NCBI GenBank assembly: GCA_963745035.1
Contig: CAVUVW010000013.1
Coordinates: forward strand, 544,001 to 608,000
Source of the DNA: an uncultured delta proteobacterium
GTDB lineage: Bacteria; Desulfobacterota; Binatia; UBA9968
Length of the DNA: 64,000 bases
Direction: 5' to 3'
Position numbers and translations under genes: made by a program. Positions 10,728 through 18,891 of the stretch are shown here, piece by piece (the first letter of the stretch is position 1; each line of letters opens with the position of its first letter). A model generated the notes under the pieces. That model saw nothing but the letters and a program-made list of their open reading frames with translations. It was not told the origin of the DNA and searched no databases.

Positions 10728-11264
10728 TCACTTAACGATCGCGTAACAGTGAGAGTCACGCGGTTCCGGACTGATATTCGGATGAACCGACCACCGCCGC
10801 AAAGTACCTTCGAGCTGCATCCCCGCCTTTTCCATGACTCGCGCCGACGCGAGGTTATCGACATCGCACACCGCCCAGATCCGGTAGATGTCCTTCTGCT
10901 TCAACGCCCAGTCAATCAGCTCCTTGAGCGCCTCGGTCATGTAGCCCCGTCCCCAGTAGGCGCGTGCGAGCACGTAGCCCAGCTCCCATTTCTCTTCGCT
11001 CGATCGCGCGATGATCATGCCGATCGCATGCTTGTCCTCGCGCCGCTCGATCGCCCAGTGAAATGCTTTGCCGACGTCCCATGCGAGCAAACACATTCTC
11101 ACGTACTCGCGCGTCTCTTCGATATCGCGGTGCGCGCGCCAACTCACGTATTTGGTGACTTCGGGATCTTGCGCGTACTGGCGAAAGATCGCGTCGGCGT
11201 CGGCCAACTTTACTTTTCTCAGTCGTAGACGATCGGTCTTGAGTGTTTTAGGTGGGTTGATCAA
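10728..11264 (-). CDS. GNAT N-acetyltransferase (RimJ/RimL family)
   Basis: LKTDRLRLR, ELGYVLARAYWGRGYMTEA and NLASARVMEKAGM. Confidence 0.92.
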   Translation of the reverse strand: MINPPKTLKTDRLRLRKVKLADADAIFRQYAQDPEVTKYVSWRAHRDIEETREYVRMCLLAWDVGKAFHWAIERREDKHAIGMIIARSSEEKWELGYVLARAYWGRGYMTEALKELIDWALKQKDIYRIWAVCDVDNLASARVMEKAGMQLEGTLRRWSVHPNISPEPRDSHCYAIVK

Positions 11265-11336
11265 TCCGTCCGAATCCAGCGAGACTTGATCGCTGATTTA
11301 TAAGGTCACGCCGAAAAATATTCAAGGGAGAGAAAA

Positions 11337-11428
11337 AGGCAGTGAGGCTTAGGCAAGAGGCGAGAGGCAGATCAGGAAGTCAGGTTTGAACGGAGCAAGC
11401 GGTTGAACGGCTGGAGCGTTTGGAACGG
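11337..11428. repeat. Short intergenic tandem repeats (AGGC-core heptamers and TTGAAC-core nonamers)
   Basis: aggcagtg aggctt aggcaag aggcgag aggcag followed by tttgaacgg...ttgaacgg...tggaacgg. Confidence 0.6.
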
Positions 11429-11440
11429 TACTCTTCTGAT

Positions 11441-12469
11441 CTATTGTGGCGTGATGATCTGCTTCAGCTTGCCTAGAAGCGCCGGCGGAGTTTTGAGAAT
11501 GCCGTGAACGGTCTTTTCCAGCTCTTCACCCGTGAGCGGGCTGATGTCGAGATTGGCTTTTTCGGCGTCAGCGAGAAATGACGGATCGCTCATCGTCGCC
11601 GTGAACGCCCGGCGCAAGATCTGCACGCTGCTCTTCGGCGTGCCGGGAGTCATCACGAAGGGCCGAGCGATTGCGGCCACATCGTGCGCGCCGATTTGCA
11701 AAAGCTGGCGTGACTCGTCGTTTTTCGCATAGGTGACAGCGAGCGGAACCTTCGGCAGGTCGGGATGCGGCTTCGCCAGCACCTGGAGAATGATCGCGAA
11801 CTCGCCGCTGTCGATTTGCTTTTTCCACAACGAGCGAAAACTTTCCCAGCCGGTGCATAGCCCGTTAAGCTCGTTGCGCTCGATGGCCAAACGCATCTCG
11901 CCGGTGCTCTTGTAGCCGAGCACAAGCTGCATGGGCGCTCCGATGGTCGCCGCGAGTAGCCGTGACGTATCATGTCCGCCGGTGCCCGGCGCCGTCCCTC
12001 CAAGTCGCGGCGGCGTCTTGGCGGCCAGCCATTTTTCAGGACTGTCGATGCCGCCGGCTTTGGGAAAGCCGCAGACGATCTCGACTTTGGCAACCGCCCC
12101 GATGTATTCGAACCGCGCCGAGTCGAAACTGATTTCCTTTTGCCCCATCGCTTGGAGCGGGAAAAGCGAGCCGCTGAAGTGGCCCAAAGTAAGACCATCC
12201 GGCTTGGCGACCTTGTAGAGATAATTCGCCGAGGCGAGACTGCCTGCGCCCGGCATGTTCTCGACCACGAATGCCGGATTGCCAGGAATATGCTTGCCGA
12301 TGTATCGCGCTACCGCCCGTGCATAAAAATCGTAGCCGCCGCCGGGCGCGTAGCCGACGATGAGGCGAATCGTTTTGCCGCTATAGAAATCGTGATTGTT
12401 CGCCTGCGCGGCCGGCGTTACGGCAGTGAAAACGATCATTGCCCAAATGACAATCAGCGCTGGCTTCAT
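11441..12469 (-). CDS. Bug/TctC tripartite tricarboxylate transporter substrate-binding protein
   Basis: FYSGKTIRLIVGYAPGGGYD, VENMPGAGS and KPDGLT; the signal peptide begins at ATG 12469. Confidence 0.9.
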   Translation of the reverse strand: MKPALIVIWAMIVFTAVTPAAQANNHDFYSGKTIRLIVGYAPGGGYDFYARAVARYIGKHIPGNPAFVVENMPGAGSLASANYLYKVAKPDGLTLGHFSGSLFPLQAMGQKEISFDSARFEYIGAVAKVEIVCGFPKAGGIDSPEKWLAAKTPPRLGGTAPGTGGHDTSRLLAATIGAPMQLVLGYKSTGEMRLAIERNELNGLCTGWESFRSLWKKQIDSGEFAIILQVLAKPHPDLPKVPLAVTYAKNDESRQLLQIGAHDVAAIARPFVMTPGTPKSSVQILRRAFTATMSDPSFLADAEKANLDISPLTGEELEKTVHGILKTPPALLGKLKQIITPQ

Positions 12470-12508
12470 CAAGGATTCATATCCGCGCACATCCGACCAA
12501 CCCTTTCT

Positions 12509-12877
12509 AACCACAAAGTGATCCATGAGCTTCGCTCGCCCGCAGACAATCAAAAATAGAAAGTCCCCAGGGCACGATTTTCCCTCCACTCGTCATTCCC
12601 GCGCACGCGGGAATCCAGGTTTGTTTTCGCCGAATTAGCCTGGATACCCGCTTTCGCGGGTATGACGGAACCCACCGCTACCCCGCCAGTTGCTACCATT
12701 CCGCACCCGTACTTCGTGACTTCCGTCGAAAATAACAGGTAGAGAAAGATTTCTCACTTCGTTCGAAATGACAGATGCGTATGCCTAATTGTCATTTCGA
12801 ACGGATGCGAGAAATCTTCTCCGATGTTTTTTCATTATCTGTGGGCGAGCATAAGCTCATGAATCACTTCCGTGGTT
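12509..12877. mobile_element. MITE-like composite: ~50 bp imperfect terminal inverted repeats enclosing two different REP-like palindrome pairs
   Basis: Left AACCACAAAGTGATCCATGAGCTTCGCTCGCCCGCAGACAATCAAAAA versus reverse complement of right AACCACGGAAGTGATTCATGAGCTTATGCTCGCCCACAGATAATGAAAAA; internal pairs at 12591-12667 and 12746-12818. Confidence 0.7.
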
Positions 12878-12884
12878 GGCGTTT

Positions 12885-13868
12885 TCATCGGCCGCCCAGT
12901 TCCTTCAGCGCCTCCCGCAGATAACTTTGATCGGCGTACTTGGTGGCCTTTGGCACCGGCCCTTTTGACTGCGTTTGCTCCCAGTAAATCTGCGTGACGA
13001 TTTGTAGCCCGTCCACATTAATATCGCCGTCGGGATGCCACGTGCGCGTGGAGCTGTAGAATTCCCAGCCGCGCCGCGCATGCTCGGGCTTGAGCCGCAT
13101 TTCTTTGGCCAGGAAATCGACAGCGGCCTCTTTGTTCTGGTGCATCCAGCGCATGGTTTGCGCCATGGCTTTCATCACGCGCACGACCACGGATCGATTC
13201 TTTTCCGCCCAGGAGCGTTTGGTCGAGAGCGCGGCGAGCTGGTAGTTCGGGATCACGTCGACGAAGCGGCCGATCTCGTTGAAGCCCTGCTCCTCCGCGG
13301 CGTAATTGACCGGCAAAGACAGCGCCGCCGCGTCGATCTGCCCCGCAACCAATGCCGCATAGGTCTGCGGCGTGCCGCCGATCACGAGCAGCTTGTAATC
13401 GCGCGGATACTCGAGCCCCTTGGCTTTGAGCACCTGGCGCAGCGCGAATGTTACCCCTGAGGTAAGACTGATGGCGCCGAAAGTCGCGCCGCGCAGATCC
13501 GCGTAGGTTTTGAACTTCTTCGCAGCCATGATCGACTGGCTAAGGCCGTTGATGATGCCGCCGATAATAACGAGATCGAGCCCTTTCTCCACCGCGGCGA
13601 TCGGCGCGTCGGAAGCGCTGCCGGCGATTTCCAAAGAGCCGCCGGCTAGAGCTTGAACTCCGACATCCGAGGCTCGAATCACCAGCAGTTCGACATCAAG
13701 TCCCTGCCGGTCAAAAAACCCCATCTTCGAAGCGACCCAAAGCGGACCATAGCCCAGTGTTTTAGTAGCGGAACTGATCCGCAGCTTGACTCGTTCCTGA
13801 GCGAGTCCGTAAGCTGGCTGGAGCACAAAAACCGTTAAGAGTACGACGGAAAGTTTTCTCACCATCAT
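12885..13868 (-). CDS. ABC solute-binding protein, SsuA/NMT1-like
   Basis: Signal peptide; KTLGYGPLWVA and YADLRG; close paralog of 23325-24326. Confidence 0.9.
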   Translation of the reverse strand: MMVRKLSVVLLTVFVLQPAYGLAQERVKLRISSATKTLGYGPLWVASKMGFFDRQGLDVELLVIRASDVGVQALAGGSLEIAGSASDAPIAAVEKGLDLVIIGGIINGLSQSIMAAKKFKTYADLRGATFGAISLTSGVTFALRQVLKAKGLEYPRDYKLLVIGGTPQTYAALVAGQIDAAALSLPVNYAAEEQGFNEIGRFVDVIPNYQLAALSTKRSWAEKNRSVVVRVMKAMAQTMRWMHQNKEAAVDFLAKEMRLKPEHARRGWEFYSSTRTWHPDGDINVDGLQIVTQIYWEQTQSKGPVPKATKYADQSYLREALKELGGR

Positions 13869-13906
13869 ACGTTTGTCCTTCCGTGGACTGCGCAGAATCT
13901 TAGCTT

Positions 13907-15121
13907 CTACGTGAGAATTTCTTCTTGGCGCCAGCCATCGATCGTCGCTTGATCATAGCCAAGCAGCTCGCGCAGGATGGAATCGTTGTCGGCGCCGAAG
14001 CGATTGGGCAAGCGCAGCGGTTCCTCGACAGTGCCGCGAAAGGTGATGCCGGCGCGCGGAATTTCGAACGGTCCGATCAGCGAGTCGGCGAAGGAGGCGA
14101 AGTAATCGCGATGACGCAGTTGCGGGTCTTTCAATAAATCCGCGCCGGTCTGCACTACGCCCGCTGGCACGCCTGCCGCCTGTAGTTTGGTCATGACTTC
14201 TTCGGCGGGCCGTGCACGGGTCCACTCTTGAACAATCGCGTCGAGCTCTCGCCGGTGCGCAAGCCGCGATTGAAGGTCCATGAAGCGCGCATCGCTCGGC
14301 AATTCTGCGCGGCCGATGACGCGGCAGAAAGCGCGCCACTCCGCATCGTTACGCACAGAGATCGCGCACCAGCGATCTTCACCTTGGCATGGATAGCAGC
14401 CATGCGGCGCCGCGAGCGCGTAGTGATTTCCTTTCGGCTGCGGATCGTCGCCGTTGACGGATGTCTCGAGGTAGGTCGCGCCAAGGGTGTAAGCGGTTCC
14501 CTCGATCTGCGCCAAGTCGATGGTCGCGCCTTTACCCGTGCGCCGGCTATTCAACAGCGCCGCAACGAGGACCGTCGGTCCCATGACGAAGCCCAGATGA
14601 TCGGGATAGACGCCTTGGCTGCCGATCGGCCGATCCTGCTCGGGATGATTCCAAAGATAGGTCATGCCGGAAAAAGCCGTGAGATTGAATCCCCAGGTAC
14701 CGTAACCGCTTTTCGGCCCTTCGGAGCCGAACCCGGGGAGCTTTACAATCACAAGCTTAGGATTAAATTTTCTAAGCTCGTCGTCGCCTAAACTGAGCTT
14801 ATCCAGCACCCTCGGGCGGAAATTTTGCAGAATTGCATCCGATTTACTCGCAAGCTCCCGGACGAGCTTGGCGCCGGTCGGATGTTTCAGGTTGACGGCG
14901 AAGGAGCGCACCCCGAGGTTGCACTCGATGAATCGCGGCGCCGCGTCGATGTCTTTGTGCTGGCCGTAATGGCGAAACGTATCGAGCCCGCCCTTTTTCG
15001 ACTCGATCTTGATCACTTCCGCACCGTAGCCGGCGAGCAATCGACCGGCATACGGGCCGGCATAGCCGGTGGTGAATGCGAGAATGCGGACGCCTTTTAG
15101 AATTTGACTAGGGGTTTCCAT
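13907..15121 (-). CDS. Class III CoA-transferase (CaiB/BaiF family)
   Basis: LKGVRI, AGPYAGRLLAGYGAEVIKIES, QNFRP, GFGSEGP, APHGCYPC and DPQLRHR. Confidence 0.92.
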   Translation of the reverse strand: METPSQILKGVRILAFTTGYAGPYAGRLLAGYGAEVIKIESKKGGLDTFRHYGQHKDIDAAPRFIECNLGVRSFAVNLKHPTGAKLVRELASKSDAILQNFRPRVLDKLSLGDDELRKFNPKLVIVKLPGFGSEGPKSGYGTWGFNLTAFSGMTYLWNHPEQDRPIGSQGVYPDHLGFVMGPTVLVAALLNSRRTGKGATIDLAQIEGTAYTLGATYLETSVNGDDPQPKGNHYALAAPHGCYPCQGEDRWCAISVRNDAEWRAFCRVIGRAELPSDARFMDLQSRLAHRRELDAIVQEWTRARPAEEVMTKLQAAGVPAGVVQTGADLLKDPQLRHRDYFASFADSLIGPFEIPRAGITFRGTVEEPLRLPNRFGADNDSILRELLGYDQATIDGWRQEEILT

Positions 15122-15128
15122 GGACTCG

Positions 15129-15245
15129 AATCAATTGAGAATTGATAATGGATAATTGAAAACTTTCGGATGAAGCACCTGATTTCTTAAGTCAGCTTCC
15201 ATCTAGTTTTTCATTATCCATTTTCAATTATCAATTATGAATTTT
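15129..15245. repeat. AT-rich inverted heptamer arrays (AATTGAN / NTCAATT)
   Basis: aattgag aattgat aatggat aattgaa ... ttcatt atccatt ttcaatt atcaatt between the two CoA-transferase genes. Confidence 0.7.
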
Positions 15246-16454
15246 CTAAATCACTTTTTCCGCCGCCAGCACTGCCATCTCATTCGGACTCAATCCTAGC
15301 TCGCCGCATAGACACTTCGTTGTTGTGTTGTCCCAGCAGCGGCGACGGCGACGGTGCCGCACGTCGACCATCCACCATGAACGGAGTGCCGGGTTGCGCG
15401 AATGAACCGAGCACCGGATGATTCACGTTGGCGAAAAAACCCCGCGCCTGGATGTGCGGGTCCTTCATGAAATCCGACGGCGAATTGACCGGCAATCCGG
15501 GGATGCCGTGTTTCTGCATCAATTCCGCCAGATCTTCTTTGAGAAATCTTGACGTAAAGGCCGTCACCTGCGCGTTGATGTAATCGGCGTGCTGCCGGCG
15601 CAGGTTGCTGTTGATCCACTTGGGATCGTCGAGCGCCGGGTCATGATCCGGCCAGACTTTCAGCAGAAGCGGCCAGTGGGTCTGGGTGACAAAGAGAGAA
15701 ATCCAACCGTTCTTGCACTGGAACAGATTGGCCGGCGCATTGTGCTGGTGCTGGCTGCCGGCGCGCTTCATCACACGGCCTTCGGCCGAATAGTTGAACG
15801 CCACGTGCTCGTGCAGCGCCATGCTCGCTTGCACCGAGGCGTCGATCCATGCGCCGATCCCGCGGGTCTCGCGCTGCCAGAGGGCGAGCATGACGCCGTA
15901 CGACGCAAACAAGCTCGCATAGTAAAACGACTGAGTCTCGGGCGGATTGCACGGCGTCATTTTTGGATCGCCGCTGATGTAGAGTAGGCCGCCCATCGCG
16001 TTGCCGATTAAATCCGTAGTTTTGTAATTCGCGTACGGACCATCCTGTCCAAAGCCGCTGACCGACACCAGAATCAACTTGCTCCGTTTTTCGATAAGCG
16101 TCTCGTAACCGATCCCGACTTCGGCGAGGTACCCTGGAGGGAAATCTTCCACGACGATATCCGCACGAGCGACCAGTTCGAGCAATAGCTTCTTACCGCT
16201 CGCTTTCGTAATGTCCAGCGTGACGCTCCGCTTGCCGGCATTGAGATACGCGAAGCGCAAACTTCCCTCCCGATGCGCATGACCTTTGGCGAACGGCGGC
16301 TCACTCCGCGCAAGGTCGCCGCCCGGCGGCTCGACCTTGATCACGTCCATGCCGAAGTCGCCGAGCAGCTTGCCGCAAAGCGCGCCGACGGAAGACGTGA
16401 GGTCGAGGACTCGGTAGCCGGCGAGCAAGTTGTAGATTGTGCAGTATCGGTCAT
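15246..16454 (-). CDS. Class III CoA-transferase (CaiB/BaiF family), with a frameshift near 15316 and possibly near the start
   Basis: LAGYRVLDL, VIKVEPPGGD, LNAGKRSVTLD and SGFGQDGPY; removing one base restores HNNEVLCGELGLSPNEMAVLAAEKVI*; ATG 16454 is out of frame with TTG 16428. Confidence 0.85.
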
Positions 16455-16554
16455 AGTGCGCTTCGTTATAGCTCGAGGTATCGACGATCGAGGATAGAAT
16501 GATCGCACGAATCGCGATCGCTCAATCCTCTATCCTCTATCACTCGACGCTAAG

Positions 16555-17718
16555 TCACCCTTTGTGATTCTTGATGATGTGCTGCGCCAAACGCCAGCGG
16601 AGAACTTCCGGCGTGCCCTCGGTTATCCGGATGCTGCGCACCTGGCGGTACCACCATTCGAGCGGCAGCTCGCGCATCAGGCCCAACCCGCCGTGCACCT
16701 GAATCGAGCGGTCGACCACACGGCTGGCCATCTCGGCGCATTGTATTTTTGTCATATACGAAAGCTGGCGCACGTCTTCGCCGCGATCGTGCCGCCAGGC
16801 GCACTCGTAGACCATCAAGCGGCAGCCGTGAAGCTCCATCGCCGAGTCTGCGATCATGAACTGGATCGCTTGGCGGTCCGCCAGCGGCCGGCCGAAAGTC
16901 GTGCGGACTTTCGAATACTCGATCATCATGTCCAAAGCACGCGAGGCAATGCCAACCGGCCGCGCACCGTGGCCGCGAATGCGACCTTCCTGAATCCAAC
17001 CTTGCGCGATGGAAAAGCCCTCGCCCTCCTTGCCGATCCGATCCGCCACGGGCACCCGAACGTTCTCGAAATGAATCTGTCCCGGCGTGTCGCCCATCAT
17101 CGTCGGCCATAGCCGCTCCAATGTGACTCCGGGCGCCTTCATGTCGACAATGATGCAGCTCACGCCGCCGCGCGCGCCTTTTTCGGGATCGGTGACTGCG
17201 ATGACCTGCGCGTAGTCCGCGTTCTTCGCCGCGGTGATGAACCGCTTCGTGCCGTTGATCACGTAATGATCGCCGTCGCGCACCGCGCGGGTTTTCATCC
17301 CGGAAGGATCGCTGCCGGCATCCGGCTCGGTTTGCGCAAAGCAAATTCTTTTCTCGCCACGAATGACCGGGAGGAGAAAGCGGGGTTTCTGTTCTTCGTT
17401 GCAATGAAAAAGCACCGGCCGGACTTCCGGCCCGAAGATCGGCGCATAGCGAAACGGAATCGCCACCGTGCGCGCCACCTCTTCCATGATCACGCACCGG
17501 CTCATCAGATCGAGACCCGCCCCGCCGTACTCTTGGGGCACATCGAGCAGCCAAAGGCCGATCGCCTTGGCTTTCTCTTGCAGCGGCTTGATGTACTGCT
17601 CGGGCATATCCTCCCCTTCGGGGCGGCACTCGCGCTCGAGCGGGATCAGCTCGCGGTCGACGAATTTTCGAACCGTTTCTTTTAGAAGCTGTAGCTCCTC
17701 GGGAAGATTGAAATCCAC
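16555..17718 (-). CDS. Acyl-CoA dehydrogenase
   Basis: GTG start after GGAG; FAQTEPDAGSD, INGTKRFIT, QVHGGLG and RITEGTPE. Confidence 0.93.
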   Translation of the reverse strand: MDFNLPEELQLLKETVRKFVDRELIPLERECRPEGEDMPEQYIKPLQEKAKAIGLWLLDVPQEYGGAGLDLMSRCVIMEEVARTVAIPFRYAPIFGPEVRPVLFHCNEEQKPRFLLPVIRGEKRICFAQTEPDAGSDPSGMKTRAVRDGDHYVINGTKRFITAAKNADYAQVIAVTDPEKGARGGVSCIIVDMKAPGVTLERLWPTMMGDTPGQIHFENVRVPVADRIGKEGEGFSIAQGWIQEGRIRGHGARPVGIASRALDMMIEYSKVRTTFGRPLADRQAIQFMIADSAMELHGCRLMVYECAWRHDRGEDVRQLSYMTKIQCAEMASRVVDRSIQVHGGLGLMRELPLEWWYRQVRSIRITEGTPEVLRWRLAQHIIKNHKG

Positions 17719-17822
17719 CGCTACTCCATTTTGGATTTTTGGATTGCGGATTTTGGATTGACGATAAACATCAACCCAAAACCCGAACCCGTTTCGAACG
17801 TTGAACTTTTGGACCCCGAGCC

Positions 17823-18662
17823 TTATTTCGCGTCGCGGTTGTATTCGCCGAGGCCGGGACGGTAGGTTTTCTTGTCGAGGAACTGCTCCATGCCGGTTTC
17901 GCGGCCCTTTTCCGGATCGGTGAGACGGAGCGCCGTGCCTTTCGCGCCCATGTAATCTTCGGCTTGGCCGTAGTCCATCGTACGGCAATATTTGTAGACT
18001 TCCTTCGCCGCGCGCAGCACTGCCGGATTTTTCTTCATCAGTTTCTGCGCCAGACCGATCGTCTCCTCGCGCAACTTCTCTTTCGGCACGGCGTAGTTGA
18101 TGAGCTTCATTTCCGCGGCCTTTTTGCCATCGAACGGATCGCCGGTCATGATGTACCACATGGCGTCGCGGTAACACATCGCATCGGCCAACACGCGGCT
18201 CACCAAACCGCCGGGGAAAATACCCCAGTTCACTTCACTCAATCCGAAAGTAGCGTCCTCCGCGGCAATCGCAAAATCACAGGCGATGAGCGGCGTGAAA
18301 GCGCCGCCGAAACAGAAGCCATTGACCATCGCGATCGTCGGCTTGGGAAAATAGAAAAGCCGCCGCCAGCGCCATTCCTGCGACGCCCAGCTCGCCTTGC
18401 GCCGCTCGAGCGGGTTATTGTCCGTGCCGCGGAAATATTCCCTCAGGTCCTGACCCGCGCACCAGCTCGGTCCGGCGCCTGTGATCACCAGCACTTTGGT
18501 GTCTTTATCGACTTCCAATTCGGTCAGTGCTTCGAGCATGTCGTAGTGGAGCTGCGGATTCATCGCGTTGCGCTTTTCGGGGCGGTTGAGAATGCACCAG
18601 GTGATTCCATCTTCCTTTTCGACTTTGACGGTCTTGTAATCTTTCCATAGAGTTGCTGCCAC
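17823..18662 (-). CDS. ech: p-hydroxycinnamoyl-CoA hydratase/lyase (feruloyl-CoA hydratase/lyase)
   Basis: NRPEKRNAMNP, WCAGQDLREYFR, FGLSEVNWGIFPGG and C-terminal KTYRPGL, characteristic of the HCHL crotonase subfamily. Confidence 0.85.
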   Translation of the reverse strand: MAATLWKDYKTVKVEKEDGITWCILNRPEKRNAMNPQLHYDMLEALTELEVDKDTKVLVITGAGPSWCAGQDLREYFRGTDNNPLERRKASWASQEWRWRRLFYFPKPTIAMVNGFCFGGAFTPLIACDFAIAAEDATFGLSEVNWGIFPGGLVSRVLADAMCYRDAMWYIMTGDPFDGKKAAEMKLINYAVPKEKLREETIGLAQKLMKKNPAVLRAAKEVYKYCRTMDYGQAEDYMGAKGTALRLTDPEKGRETGMEQFLDKKTYRPGLGEYNRDAK

Positions 18663-18891
18663 GATCCTATACCTCCTTGGGAAATTTGAGTTGACCTTAG
18701 TTGAGCCAAGAACCCGTTGTCAAGCGAAGCTGCCGCACGGTGATGCGGTCGGACATTCGCGCCGCAGCAATCGATCGAAAAGTGGAGCGCGTCCGCGGCG
18801 AAGCCAGGCCTCAGGCGTGGCGCAGCGGCTCCCGGGAATGATCGCGTATCAATATAATATGGAAGGAAATCGAGAAGCGGCGCTCACGATG

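Noticed and set aside
17719-18177. N-terminal 153 aa extension of the acyl-CoA dehydrogenase in the ORF track
   Set aside because: It overlaps the ech gene and a repeat tract; the paralog starts at MDFNLPEEL, and a GGAG RBS precedes GTG 17718
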